A DNA stretch of 64,000 nt from Paracoccaceae bacterium (lineage in GTDB: Bacteria; Pseudomonadota; Alphaproteobacteria; Rhodobacterales; Rhodobacteraceae), in assembly GCA_030148225.1 (NCBI GenBank), contig JASBTX010000038.1, positions 152,434-216,433 of the forward strand, read 5' to 3'. Both the position numbers and the translations under genes were made by a program. Every line of letters begins with the position of its first letter. Position 1 is the stretch's first letter. The notes beneath the pieces were generated by a model, which was not told the DNA's origin, ran no database searches, and saw nothing but the letters and a program-made list of their open reading frames with translations. Shown piece after piece: positions 1 to 9,140 of the stretch.

Positions 1-739
1 CTGTGCCCAGGAAAAACCTTGGATTACCGGATGTTGCCGCATCAACAAGGGCGCGGCGATGCGTGTCGCGCTTGGCCACGGGCAGGCAATAATAATGCGG
101 GCGGATACCCCCGGCCAGAATATGATTGCGGTTGATGATCAGGTGATGGGTCGTGATCGTGCCCGCGACCCGCCCCGGTGCGTCGCGCACGTAATCAACA
201 CCCTCGCGCGTCGTCACATGCTCAAGCGTGATCGGCAATTCGGGATTGCGCTGCCGAAGCGGTTCGAGAACGCGGTCCAGAAACACGGCCTCGCGGTCGA
301 ATATATCGACCTCGGTATCCGTGACCTCGCCATGCACGCAAAGTGTCAGGCCAATCTTGGCCATGGTTTCGAGCACGGGCTGTATCCGGTCGAAATCGCG
401 CACGCCTGATGCCGAATTGGTGGTTGCACCGGCAGGATAGAGCTTGACCGCATGCACGATCCCCTCGGCATGAGCGCGCGCCACATCCGCCGGATCAGTA
501 TCCTCGGTCAGGTAGAGCGTCATCAGCGGGGTGAATGCCGCGCCAGCGGGCAGGGCGGCAAGAATCCGGTCGCGATAGGCGCTGGCATCGGCGGCAGTTC
601 TGACCGGCGGCACAAGGTTCGGCATGATGATGGCACGGTCGAAATGTCGGGCCGTTTCGCCGGCGACAGCCTGCAAAATTGCCCCGTCGCGCAGGTGAAG
701 GTGCCAGTCATCCGGCCGCCGGATTGTCAGTTTCATCAT
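1..739 (-). CDS. pyrC: dihydroorotase, class II (3' end outside window)
   Basis: Minus frame is open from the window edge to ATGATG at 739/736. It is absent from the ORF track because no stop lies in the window. My translation [44 protein letters not shown] shows the HxH metal motif and typical PyrC blocks. Confidence 0.85.
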   Translation of the reverse strand, partial: MMKLTIRRPDDWHLHLRDGAILQAVAGETARHFDRAIIMPNLVPPVRTAADASAYRDRILAALPAGAAFTPLMTLYLTEDTDPADVARAHAEGIVHAVKLYPAGATTNSASGVRDFDRIQPVLETMAKIGLTLCVHGEVTDTEVDIFDREAVFLDRVLEPLRQRNPELPITLEHVTTREGVDYVRDAPGRVAGTITTHHLIINRNHILAGGIRPHYYCLPVAKRDTHRRALVDAATSGNPRFFLGT

Positions 740-1029
740 GGTCATCCCCGATTGGCGATCAGCTACACTGTTCGGGCGCGGGATTCCAGTGCCGACAAAA
801 GGGTGCATTTGCATTGTCCGCATCGTTTGGTCACGGCCAATTTCACCGTGGACCGGGGTGAGAATTCTGGTATTGATCGGGCCGTGAGTGCCCGAGCGAG
901 ACCGGTGCCAACCCGATGAGGATTATGGGACTATCATGAATTCAGCCGCGATACAGTGCTCAATTGCTCCCGCCTGCCTGACCCGCAGTGTTGGGCGTGG
1001 CATGGCGGGTCGGTGAAGGGCGGCATAAG

Positions 1030-1302
1030 ATGTTGGCCAGCCTGATCATCGGTGCGATATTTGGCGGTCTCACCCGTCTGGGAGAACCCCATCTGAAAGA
1101 GCTTTTGTCGCGGGTTCTGCCCGAGGATTTCGAGTTATCGAAAACCGAATGGCGCGTGGCGAGTTTCGCTGCGGCGCTTTTTCTGGCGGCGCTCATCATG
1201 CTGCTTTTGGGCGGACGGATAGCGGCCCCGGCGCTGATCCTGGGTGGCGCGCTTGGCTTTTTCGCGGGCCGCATCGGCGAGTTGATCAGCCAGCGCCGCT
1301 AG
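1030..1302 (+). CDS. small hydrophobic membrane protein, function unknown
   Basis: Internal ATG of track ORF 988..1302, preceded by GAAGGG. The product MLASLIIGAIFGG...AALFLAALIMLLLGG...ILGGALGFFAG has 2-3 predicted TM segments. Confidence 0.45.
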   Translation: MLASLIIGAIFGGLTRLGEPHLKELLSRVLPEDFELSKTEWRVASFAAALFLAALIMLLLGGRIAAPALILGGALGFFAGRIGELISQRR

Positions 1303-1441
1303 GGTTTCGCGGTCCTGGATCGGGCCGTTCAGCATTGCAGCCATTGCATATCGGCAATTCGGTTTCGGCGCTAGCTGACGCATGGCCCGCATGTTAGCAG
1401 CGCGCATCCTGAAAACCCGCTCATGAAAAAGGTGTAGCATC

Positions 1442-1618
1442 ATGGCTCAGATCTTCGCATCCTTCCTGCACGCTGCAACGCTGTCCGTTGCAAAGAAACC
1501 CGCACGGTCATTTTATAATGAGCGTCTTTTCGACAAGACCGACGAACAGCTGCGCCGCATGGGCCTGAACCGCGAGCAGCTTGTCTATTCGGCTGTTTCG
1601 GGCAACCAGTTTTCCTGA
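1442..1618 (+). CDS. DUF1127-like small protein (58 aa)
   Basis: Below the track size cut-off; I translated it by hand as 59 codons, ATG to TGA. The C-terminal DEQLRRMGLNREQLV fits the DUF1127 pattern (sD.qL.diGl.R.di). A strong terminator follows. Confidence 0.55.
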   Translation: MAQIFASFLHAATLSVAKKPARSFYNERLFDKTDEQLRRMGLNREQLVYSAVSGNQFS

Positions 1619-1652
1619 GGCGCCAGCCCTCAATCGTTAAATGTGCATAAGG

Positions 1653-1682
1653 GGCGTCGATCGTGTGATCGGCGCCTTTTTT
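1653..1682 (+). terminator. rho-independent terminator
   Basis: GGCGTCGATC-gtgt-GATCGGCGCC forms a 10 bp stem (one G-U) followed by TTTTTT. Confidence 0.8.
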
Positions 1683-1720
1683 CGTGTTTGTGGCTGGTGG
1701 AGGCCCAACAAAATCCGGTC

Positions 1721-1749
1721 TTGACTCATCTGTAAGCGTACACTTACAG
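1721..1749 (+). promoter_or_regulatory. candidate sigma70-type promoter with embedded palindromic operator upstream of the ArsR-family gene
   Basis: TTGACT (1721-1726), 17 nt spacer, TTACAG (1744-1749). The inverted repeat CTGTAAG-cgtaca-CTTACAG (1730-1749) spans the spacer and -10. The ATG lies at 1756. Confidence 0.45.
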
Positions 1750-1755
1750 TAAGTC

Positions 1756-2094
1756 ATGGCTTACGAAAAAATCCTGACCGCACTTGCTGACACGACCCGG
1801 CGCGAAATCTTTGAGGATCTGCGCCGGGGGCCGCAATCGGTTTCCGAACTGGCCAAGGGCAGGGCGGTGTCGCGCCCGGCGGTATCCCAGCACCTCAAGG
1901 TGCTCGATCAGGCCGGTCTGGTGTCTGCCGAGGCGCGCGGAACGGCGCGTATCTACAGGCTGAACCACGCGGGCCTCGCGCCGCTGCGCGCCTATGTCGA
2001 TACGTTCTGGACTGGTGTTCTGGACGCTTTCGCTGCTGAAATTTCAACGCAAATGGAGAATTCGGATGCTTCCACCCGTGATCAAGACGATTGA
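1756..2094 (+). CDS. ArsR/SmtB-family transcriptional regulator
   Basis: The 112 aa product has a winged-HTH signature: LADTTRREIFEDL...SVSELAKGRAVSRPAVSQHLKVLDQAGLV. Confidence 0.85.
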   Translation: MAYEKILTALADTTRREIFEDLRRGPQSVSELAKGRAVSRPAVSQHLKVLDQAGLVSAEARGTARIYRLNHAGLAPLRAYVDTFWTGVLDAFAAEISTQMENSDASTRDQDD

Positions 2095-2527
2095 GGTGCC
2101 CTGCACCCCGGAAAAGGCTTTTACCGTTTTTGCGGAAGACCTTGCCAAGTGGTGGCCCCGGGACAAACACTCGGTCTCGGCCATGCAGGGCAAGGTCGCG
2201 CGCGCCGTGACACTCGAGCCGCGTGCGGGCGGCCAGCTGAGCGAATTGACGGCCGACGGGGAAGAGGTGATCTGGGGGTCGGTCGCGGCCTATGACCCCT
2301 TTGCGCGGCTGGCATTCAACTGGCATATCGCCCGCCCAGCGGACGAAGCGACCACCGTCGATATCAGTTTCGAGGCCAGTGGCACGGGCACACGCGTGAC
2401 CCTGACCCATAGCGGATGGGAGGTTTTCGGAGAAGAGGCCAAAGCCATGCATGACGGATATGCCAGTGGCTGGGTCTTCGTGTTCGAGACCTGCTATCGC
2501 GCGGCCTGCGGAACCGTGACAGCCTGA
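2066..2527 (+). CDS. SRPBCC (AHSA1/START-like) domain protein
   Basis: Internal ATG after GGAG. The sequence (IEVPCTPEKAFTVFAEDLAKWWP...) is typical of the Aha1-like proteins usually paired with ArsR regulators. It overlaps the ArsR gene end by 29 nt. Confidence 0.75.
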   Translation: MLPPVIKTIEVPCTPEKAFTVFAEDLAKWWPRDKHSVSAMQGKVARAVTLEPRAGGQLSELTADGEEVIWGSVAAYDPFARLAFNWHIARPADEATTVDISFEASGTGTRVTLTHSGWEVFGEEAKAMHDGYASGWVFVFETCYRAACGTVTA

Positions 2528-2685
2528 GGGAAAGGATATCGGGAAACATCAGTGATGCGGTGACGACATAGCTAGCGTTGCGCCCTGCGCAACGCCGCAA
2601 TGCAGCATTGTCGGTTGTTCCGGGGTCTGCCTGCACCCACATTCGGGTCAAGTGATACAGGAACCCGTTTGAAAGGAGCCGCGTC

Positions 2686-2913
2686 ATGGCATCGGTAGAT
2701 TTCTCTCATCAATCCCTTTGGGCCCAGATCAGGCACGCTCTGGCCGTACCCTTCATCGCCATCGGCAATTTCATGGTTCAGGCCATGAACGCCAATGGCC
2801 GCCTCGACCAGATCGAGCGTCTGCAGGCGATGAGTGACGAAGATCTGGCAAAGATCGGCATCCGCCGCACCGAGATCGTCACTTATGTATTCCGTGACCG
2901 CTTCTCGGTCTGA
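2686..2913 (+). CDS. DUF1127 domain small protein
   Basis: 75 aa with an AAAGGAG SD upstream. The C-terminal LQAMSDEDLAKIGIRRTEI matches the DUF1127 signature. Confidence 0.7.
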   Translation: MASVDFSHQSLWAQIRHALAVPFIAIGNFMVQAMNANGRLDQIERLQAMSDEDLAKIGIRRTEIVTYVFRDRFSV

Positions 2914-2934
2914 GATCAGCCCTCATGCAAAACG

Positions 2935-2966
2935 AAACGCCACGCAAACCGCGTGGCGTTTTGTCG
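2935..2966 (+). terminator. rho-independent terminator
   Basis: ACGCCACGC-aaacc-GCGTGGCGT forms a perfect 9 bp stem, followed by TTTTGTCGTT. Confidence 0.8.
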
Positions 2967-3009
2967 TTCTGATGCTGTGTCCCGGGCCAAGGCCCGCGCT
3001 GCCCGGTGA

Positions 3010-3999
3010 TCAGGCGGCCTTTTTCAAGAGCGGTTCGGGCAGCGTCCGGCCCTGAACCGTCAGTTGCTTCATCGCATCCTGCAGGGCCCGGCGGAAAAAG
3101 CGGCCTGTGGTCTGCTGCAACACCTTGCGCGTCGCCATGGCCGTCAGATAGGGCCGCTTCATCTTGCGGCTTTGCTCGACGAGACGGCGCAGATAGAAGG
3201 CGTCATTCTTGCGGTTGCGGATGAGGTTATAGAACACCAGCGGTGTCAGCGTGCCGTTGGAGGCACCGTCGATCAGGTTCAGCAGCACCCCGCAGGATTG
3301 CAGCCCCTGTTCGGTATCCGACCCCATGAAACGGCAGCGCATATGGCTGACATGGTCGCCGCGGAACAGCATCGCGTGCATCGTGTCGAGCTTCTGATAG
3401 GGATCAAAGAAGATATAGACCCGCTCGGCCCCGTCGGACATGTAGGGCGCATAGCCATAGCGCGACACGAAATCGAGGCGGCGCGCCTCGGGAAAGCGCG
3501 TGTCCCAGACCGCGTCATCGGCATTCAGCGTCGCCTGCGGATTGAAGGCGAGCACGATCGATCCGGGCGCGGCAACAGAAAACGCAGCAGCGGCATAACC
3601 GCCGGCACCTGCGCCATAGAATATGATCTGATCAAACCCTTCAAAGAATTCCTCGTCGACCATCTGATCGAACAGGGCATAGATCGCGTCGTCGCGGAAC
3701 CATGTGCGCCCCTCGGACACAAAGCAAAGCTGCGCATAGCCCGAATTCTTGTGCAATTCACACCCGACAGGGCAGACATCGGCGAAACTCAGGTCATCCT
3801 CGCCCGCTTCGGCGAAGCTGACAAAGAGGGTCGAGGCCTCGGTATCGAAGATATTGCTGTCATTTTCCAGAAACAGCACCGCATGCGCATCGCCCAGCCG
3901 GTGGTAAAACCCGCCGCGCTCGCCCGCGTCTTCCAGGGCATTATCCAGTTCCCCGCCGATCAGGCGAAAATCTTGCGCAGTATCCATCACACTCGTCAT
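3010..3999 (-). CDS. conserved hypothetical protein, possible alpha/beta-fold without a nucleophile serine
   Basis: Long ORF with normal coding-like composition. The block IIFYGAGAGGYAAAAF resembles a nucleophile elbow, but GxSxG is replaced by GAGAG. Start is uncertain (ATG 3999 or 3987, TTG 4017). Confidence 0.5.
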   Translation of the reverse strand: MTSVMDTAQDFRLIGGELDNALEDAGERGGFYHRLGDAHAVLFLENDSNIFDTEASTLFVSFAEAGEDDLSFADVCPVGCELHKNSGYAQLCFVSEGRTWFRDDAIYALFDQMVDEEFFEGFDQIIFYGAGAGGYAAAAFSVAAPGSIVLAFNPQATLNADDAVWDTRFPEARRLDFVSRYGYAPYMSDGAERVYIFFDPYQKLDTMHAMLFRGDHVSHMRCRFMGSDTEQGLQSCGVLLNLIDGASNGTLTPLVFYNLIRNRKNDAFYLRRLVEQSRKMKRPYLTAMATRKVLQQTTGRFFRRALQDAMKQLTVQGRTLPEPLLKKAA

Positions 4000-4221
4000 C
4001 CTACTCTGGCCCCGCAATAATCAGTTGATCTGATTTGCCGGGAATTTGAGCGTTCATGCGGGCATCAATATGAAAATACAGGGGAAATCAGGCCGCCAAC
4101 TGCCTTAATTCGTGTCAAATCCATGCAATTTGCCACAGTCGCGCCATAATTGGCGCCTGCGAATCGGATGCGCGTCGCCGCGGGCGGGCCGACAGGGATG
4201 TGGCCGGGCGGCACGGTTGCG

Positions 4222-5442
4222 TTAGAAAAACGCCTGAATACCTGTCTGTGCGCGGCCGAGGATCAGCGCGTGGATGTCATGCGTGCCTTCGTAGGTGTTG
4301 ACCGTTTCAAGGTTCATCATGTGCCGGATGACCTGGAATTCCTGACTGATCCCGTTGCCGCCATGCATGTCACGGGCGTTGCGCGCAATCTCGAGTGCCT
4401 TGCCGCAATTGTTGCGCTTCATCAGCGATATCATCTCGGGCGCGGCGCGGCCCTGATCCATCAGCTGGCCCAGCCTCAGTGCGCCTTGCAGGCCCAGCGT
4501 GATTTCCGTCTGCATATCGGCCAGCTTTTTCTGGAAGAGCTGGGTCGCCGCCAGCGGTTTGCCGAATTGCCGGCGGTCCAGCCCGTATTGGCGCGCGGCG
4601 TGCCAGCAGGCCTCGGCGGCGCCCATCACACCCCAGGCGATGCCATAGCGCGCCCGGTTCAGACAACCAAACGGCCCCTTGAGGCCGCTCACCCCGGGCA
4701 AGAGCGCATCTTCGCCCACCTCGACACCGTCCAACACGATCTCGCCGGTGACCGATGCCCTGAGGCTGAGCTTGCCGTGGATCTTGGGGGCCGTCAGACC
4801 CGGCATGCCTTTTTCCAGCACAAATCCCTTGATCTTGCCGTCGTGATGTTCGGATTTGGCCCAGATGACAAAGACATCGGCGATGGGGCTGTTGGAAATC
4901 CACATCTTCGATCCGGTCAGCCGGTAGCCGCCATCGGTTTTCTCGGCCCTTGTCTTCATGCCTGCCGGGTCCGATCCGGCATCGGCCTCGGTCAGTCCGA
5001 AACAACCGATCAGCGCCCCGGCGGCCAGCCCGGGCAGGTATTTCACGCGCTGCTCTTCCGTTCCGTAGGCATAGATCGGATACATCACCAGCGACGACTG
5101 AACCGACATCATCGAGCGATAGCCGCTGTCGACCCGCTCGATCTCGCGCGCGGCCAGCCCATAGGTGACATAGGATGCCCCCAACCCGCCATAGGCCTCG
5201 GGCATGGTGATCCCCAAAAGTCCGGCTTCGCCCATATCGCGCAGCACATCCGGATCGACAACCTCTTTGGCAAAGGATTCGGTTACTTTCTCGGTCAGCT
5301 TGGCCTTTGCGAAATCTCCAGCCGCATCGCGCAGCATACGTTCATCCTCGGTAAGCTGATCGTCGAGCAGAAACGGGTCGTTCCAGTCAAACGCCCCCAG
5401 CTCGGGCGCGTCCTTGGGGTTGATTTTCGTCTCGACATTCAT
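4222..5442 (-). CDS. gcdH: glutaryl-CoA dehydrogenase (acyl-CoA dehydrogenase family)
   Basis: [22 protein letters not shown]..., [11 protein letters not shown] and the C-terminal [14 protein letters not shown] are typical of GCDH. Start set at the internal ATG (MNVETK). Confidence 0.85.
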   Translation of the reverse strand: MNVETKINPKDAPELGAFDWNDPFLLDDQLTEDERMLRDAAGDFAKAKLTEKVTESFAKEVVDPDVLRDMGEAGLLGITMPEAYGGLGASYVTYGLAAREIERVDSGYRSMMSVQSSLVMYPIYAYGTEEQRVKYLPGLAAGALIGCFGLTEADAGSDPAGMKTRAEKTDGGYRLTGSKMWISNSPIADVFVIWAKSEHHDGKIKGFVLEKGMPGLTAPKIHGKLSLRASVTGEIVLDGVEVGEDALLPGVSGLKGPFGCLNRARYGIAWGVMGAAEACWHAARQYGLDRRQFGKPLAATQLFQKKLADMQTEITLGLQGALRLGQLMDQGRAAPEMISLMKRNNCGKALEIARNARDMHGGNGISQEFQVIRHMMNLETVNTYEGTHDIHALILGRAQTGIQAFF

Positions 5443-5578
5443 GGCGGGCCTCGCTTCATCCATCACAAGGATTGGTCTACCTGTGACCGGGGACAAGTTC
5501 AATTGCGCGCGCCGGTGTTGACACGGCAGCCGAACGGGTAAAACTGCGCGACGCAATGATCACAGGCCGGGGGATGAG

Positions 5579-6553
5579 GTGAGCAACAGGTTCGATGACG
5601 CGCCCGAAACGGCACTGGCATGGCACCGCGCGGGCCGGGGGGCGGCGCTGGCCACGGTCACGCATACTTGGGGCTCCGCCCCGCGCCGGGCGGGGGCGCA
5701 GCTTGTCATCAGCGGGCGGGGGGAATTTTCCGGCTCGGTCTCGGGGGGGTGCGTCGAACATGCGGTGGTGGCAGAAGCGGTTGACCTGATCGCACGGGGC
5801 GAAATGCGGCACCTGACATTCGGCGTTTCCGACGACGATGCCTTTTCGGCCGGGCTGGCCTGCGGCGGCGAGATCGGCGTGCTGGTCGAACCGGTGGGCA
5901 GCATCCTGACGCCCGACATGCTGGACAGGATGTGCGCCTATCGCGCGGCGCGCCATGCCTTTGCCTATGTCGTTGATATTGCAGCAGGCACCCGGCATTT
6001 TCAGGTGATCGGGAACAGCCCCTATGGCGACCGGTTTCTGGCCGATCAGTCGGGGATGGAAGCGGGCAAATTCGTCTGGATCAGCAATCCCCCGCTCAGG
6101 CTGATCATCGTGGGTGCGGTGCATATCGCGCAGCCCCTTGCCGAGATGGCGTCGATGGCGGGCTATGATGTTACGCTGATCGACCCCAGAGAGGCCTTTG
6201 CCACCGAGGCGCGCTTTCCCGGGCAGACGCTGATCCATGACTGGCCGGATGAGGCGCTGGAAACGCTTGCCCCCGATGCGCGTACCGCCATCGTGCTCTT
6301 GTCGCATGATCCGAAGTTTGACGATCCGGCGCTGGCTGTGGCACTGCCTTCGGCGGCATTTTACGTGGGCGCGCTTGGCTCGCGGCGCACACAGGCCAAA
6401 CGGCAAGAGCGTCTTTTGGCCGGGGGGATGTCGCCGGATGCGCTGGCACGGCTCTCGGCCCCTGTGGGGCTTGATATCGGGGCCGCGACACCGGCGGAAA
6501 TCGCGATATCGGTGCTGGCCGAGATGACCGGGGCCCTGCGCCGCCCGGCATAG
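5579..6553 (+). CDS. XdhC/CoxI-family accessory protein
   Basis: GTG start. N-terminal XdhC block (ATVTHTWGSAPRRAGAQL..SGSVSGGCVE) plus a C-terminal Rossmann-like block (LIIVGAVHIAQPL). Confidence 0.8.
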   Translation: MSNRFDDAPETALAWHRAGRGAALATVTHTWGSAPRRAGAQLVISGRGEFSGSVSGGCVEHAVVAEAVDLIARGEMRHLTFGVSDDDAFSAGLACGGEIGVLVEPVGSILTPDMLDRMCAYRAARHAFAYVVDIAAGTRHFQVIGNSPYGDRFLADQSGMEAGKFVWISNPPLRLIIVGAVHIAQPLAEMASMAGYDVTLIDPREAFATEARFPGQTLIHDWPDEALETLAPDARTAIVLLSHDPKFDDPALAVALPSAAFYVGALGSRRTQAKRQERLLAGGMSPDALARLSAPVGLDIGAATPAEIAISVLAEMTGALRRPA

Positions 6554-6660
6554 CCCGGCAAGTCACCCGTCCCGCACGATCCGGTGAGGCGGGTTTGACG
6601 GGCCGCCCGACCAGCCTATCATGCTGACCAGCAAGGGGGATCAGGGCCATATCCGAGATC

Positions 6661-7044
6661 GTGAACAGTTTTCAGAGCCCGGCGGGCCGGGTACGGGCAT
6701 GGGCGCTGCTGATGCAGGTGCCGGTCAATCTGGCGAGCCTTGCCTTCGTCGCCGAGTTTCTGGGTGAGGTGATCGCACTGCTGGCGGTGGGCGGGCTGCT
6801 GGCGGGTGGTGTCATCGTACTTTGGCAGCGCGGCCTGTCGCGGGCCGTGGCCTTTGGGGTGCTGATCTTCTGGTTGCCGCTGGTGGCGTTGATCTGGTTC
6901 TATCTCGGCAATTTTCGCGCGCCCGAGGTATTTCTGATCTATCTGCGGGTGCTGATGTGGATCAACGCGGCATCGCTGCTGTTTGCGCTGCGGGATGCGT
7001 GGAAATGGTGGCGGGGCGACAGGGCGGTGTTCGGGCGCATATAG
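6661..7044 (+). CDS. hypothetical membrane protein
   Basis: 127 aa with 3-4 hydrophobic helices and no recognisable motif. Start is uncertain (GTG 6661 or ATG 6712). Confidence 0.4.
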   Translation: MNSFQSPAGRVRAWALLMQVPVNLASLAFVAEFLGEVIALLAVGGLLAGGVIVLWQRGLSRAVAFGVLIFWLPLVALIWFYLGNFRAPEVFLIYLRVLMWINAASLLFALRDAWKWWRGDRAVFGRI

Positions 7045-7062
7045 GGCGGGCGCAAATGCAAA

Positions 7063-7089
7063 CGCCCCCGGCCTGACGGATCGGGGGCG
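7063..7089. terminator. hairpin between convergent genes (candidate bidirectional terminator)
   Basis: CGCCCCCG-11 nt-CGGGGGCG, an 8 bp GC stem between the 7044 and 7112 gene ends. Confidence 0.5.
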
Positions 7090-7111
7090 CAATTCGTCGG
7101 GTATCCCGTTC

Positions 7112-7657
7112 TTACTTGGGCAGCGGTCCGATCATCATGACCATCTGGCGGCCTTCAAGCTTGGGCATATTCTCAACCTTGCCCGAACCTTCGACATCCG
7201 CCGCCACACGCTCGAGCAACTGGCGCCCAAGCTCCAGATGCGCCATCTCGCGGCCACGGAAACGCATGGTGATCTTTACCTTGTCGCCATTTTCGAGGAA
7301 CTTGAAGACGTTGCGCATCTTGACGTCATAGTCATGCGTATCGGTATTGGGACGAAACTTGATCTCTTTGACCTCGATCGTCTTCTGCTTCTTGCGCGCC
7401 TCGGATTCCCGCTTTTGCTGTTCGTATTTATACTTGCCGAAATCCATGATCTTGCACACGGGCGGCTGGGCATTGGGGGAAATTTCAACGAGATCCAGAC
7501 CGGCCTGATCGGCAAGATCCATCCCCCTTTCGGGGGAGACGACGCCGACATTTTCGCCTTCGGCACCTATCAGTCTGATTTCGGGGGCACGGATGCGGTC
7601 ATTCACTCTGGGGCCGGTTTCACGCACCGGCGGGGCGTTGTGGGGTCTGCGGGCTAT
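7112..7657 (-). CDS. infC: translation initiation factor IF-3, probable ATA start
   Basis: Highly conserved IF-3 sequence ([19 protein letters not shown]...[18 protein letters not shown]...). There is no in-frame ATG near the conserved N-terminus. ATA at 7657 is preceded by AAAGAGGA with an 8 nt spacer and gives 181 aa. Confidence 0.85.
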   Translation of the reverse strand: MARRPHNAPPVRETGPRVNDRIRAPEIRLIGAEGENVGVVSPERGMDLADQAGLDLVEISPNAQPPVCKIMDFGKYKYEQQKRESEARKKQKTIEVKEIKFRPNTDTHDYDVKMRNVFKFLENGDKVKITMRFRGREMAHLELGRQLLERVAADVEGSGKVENMPKLEGRQMVMMIGPLPK

Positions 7658-7810
7658 AGCCGTTATCCTCTTTGTAAATTTAGGTGGGACGAAAATAGAA
7701 TGCCAATGCGCACTCTTCAATAGCTATTGCTTGCACTGGTCGTGAAATCCCGGGGATGCGGCAATTCAATCGCATCATCCCGGGACGGCCTGATCAGCCT
7801 TTTTGATCCG

Positions 7811-8641
7811 TTAGCCCACGAAGGCCTTTTCCACCACGTATTCGGCAGGGTCCGAATTTGCCCCCTCGCGCAGGCCGAATCCTTCGAGGATTTCTTTCAT
7901 GGCCATGTTCAGCCCCATCGAGCCGCAGACCATGGCGCGATCCTCGGCCGGGGTGATGCCGTCAATGCCCAGATGCGCAAAGAGGGTGCCGTCCGTCAGA
8001 TGCGTTGTGACCCTGCCCGTGCGCGCGCTGTCCTCCTGCGTGGTGGTGGCGTAATAGGTCAGCTTATCGCCGACAAACTCGCCGATCAGCGGATCATCGG
8101 CCAGGCCCTCGACCAGCTGGCGGCCATATTCCAGTTCGGCCTTTTCGCGGCATGTATGGGTGATGATCACCTGTTCATAGCGCTCATAGGTTTCCGGATC
8201 GCGCAGGAGAGAGGCAAAGGGTGCAAACCCCGTGCCGGTGGCAAAAAACCAGATGCGTTTGCCCGGCAAAAGCGCGTCATGCACCAGCGTGCCCACCGGC
8301 TTTGGCCGCAGGATGATCTGATCACCCGGCTGAATGTGCTGAAGGCGCGATGTCAGCGGCCCGTCCTGCACCTTGATCGAATAAAACTCCAGCTCGTCAT
8401 CCCATGAAGGCGAAGCGATGGAATAGGCGCGCAATAGCGGGCGGCCGTCATCCTTGAGAAGGCCGATCATCACAAATTCACCGGAACGGAAGCGCAGCGA
8501 TTTCGGGCGCGTCACCCGAAAGGAAAACAGCCGGTCCGTCCAGTGGGTCACCGAGGTGACGGTCTGGGCATCGGGCATTGCGGGCTTGGCGACGGGTTTG
8601 GCCGCCTCGGGGGTCATCACGGGTGTCTGGTCATTCATCAT
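7811..8641 (-). CDS. fpr: ferredoxin--NADP(+) reductase
   Basis: VTSVTHWTDRLFSFRVTRP..FRSGEFVMIGL..RAYSIAS..FFATGTGFAPF are the hallmarks of bacterial Fpr. Confidence 0.85.
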   Translation of the reverse strand: MMNDQTPVMTPEAAKPVAKPAMPDAQTVTSVTHWTDRLFSFRVTRPKSLRFRSGEFVMIGLLKDDGRPLLRAYSIASPSWDDELEFYSIKVQDGPLTSRLQHIQPGDQIILRPKPVGTLVHDALLPGKRIWFFATGTGFAPFASLLRDPETYERYEQVIITHTCREKAELEYGRQLVEGLADDPLIGEFVGDKLTYYATTTQEDSARTGRVTTHLTDGTLFAHLGIDGITPAEDRAMVCGSMGLNMAMKEILEGFGLREGANSDPAEYVVEKAFVG

Positions 8642-8711
8642 GGTGCGCGAAGCGGGGCTTCATCCTCTGGTGATATTGTTCGTATACGAATGTTCTGGTC
8701 TTGGCCAGACC

Positions 8712-9140
8712 CTAGCCGGTTCTCAGGCGGGTCTGGTAATCATGCTGTTGCCAGTCAGCCCGAAAGAGCCATTCTTCGACCGGCTGGCGCGCGGCAACGG
8801 TGTCATGTGTCTCGACCTCATCAAATCCCGATCGCCGCGCCATAGCATACTGATCCGAGATCACGAAACCCCTTGCGCGCAGACGCCCCTGATATCCCAT
8901 CAGCCTGAGCTGGCGGGCGATGGTAAATCCGCGCCCGTCGGCGGCGCTGGGAAAGGAGATACAGATCATCCCCGCCGTATCCAGATAGGGGCGCAGCTGT
9001 TCGGGCGCGACCGTGTTGGGCAGGTCCAGCCCATAGCCTGCTTCGGGTTCAAACCCGCTGGACGAAAGGACATCCCAGTCCAGAATCTCCCGCTTCCAGT
9101 CATCGGCGATAATGCCGGTGTCGTTGATAAGAACGCTCAT
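8712..9140 (-). CDS. DUF934 domain protein (sulfite-reductase-associated)
   Basis: Internal ATG (MSVLINDTG) overlaps the cysH stop as ATGA. The FPSAADGRGFTIARQLR block is typical of DUF934. Confidence 0.7.
   Translation of the reverse strand: MSVLINDTGIIADDWKREILDWDVLSSSGFEPEAGYGLDLPNTVAPEQLRPYLDTAGMICISFPSAADGRGFTIARQLRLMGYQGRLRARGFVISDQYAMARRSGFDEVETHDTVAARQPVEEWLFRADWQQHDYQTRLRTG

Noticed and set aside
4150-5541. 463-aa plus-strand ORF opposite gcdH (similar cases at 3064..4020, 9834..10979, 11004..12509, 42651..43886 and 49112..50257)
   Set aside because: Each overlaps a gene with strong family signatures on the other strand, and none has recognisable motifs.
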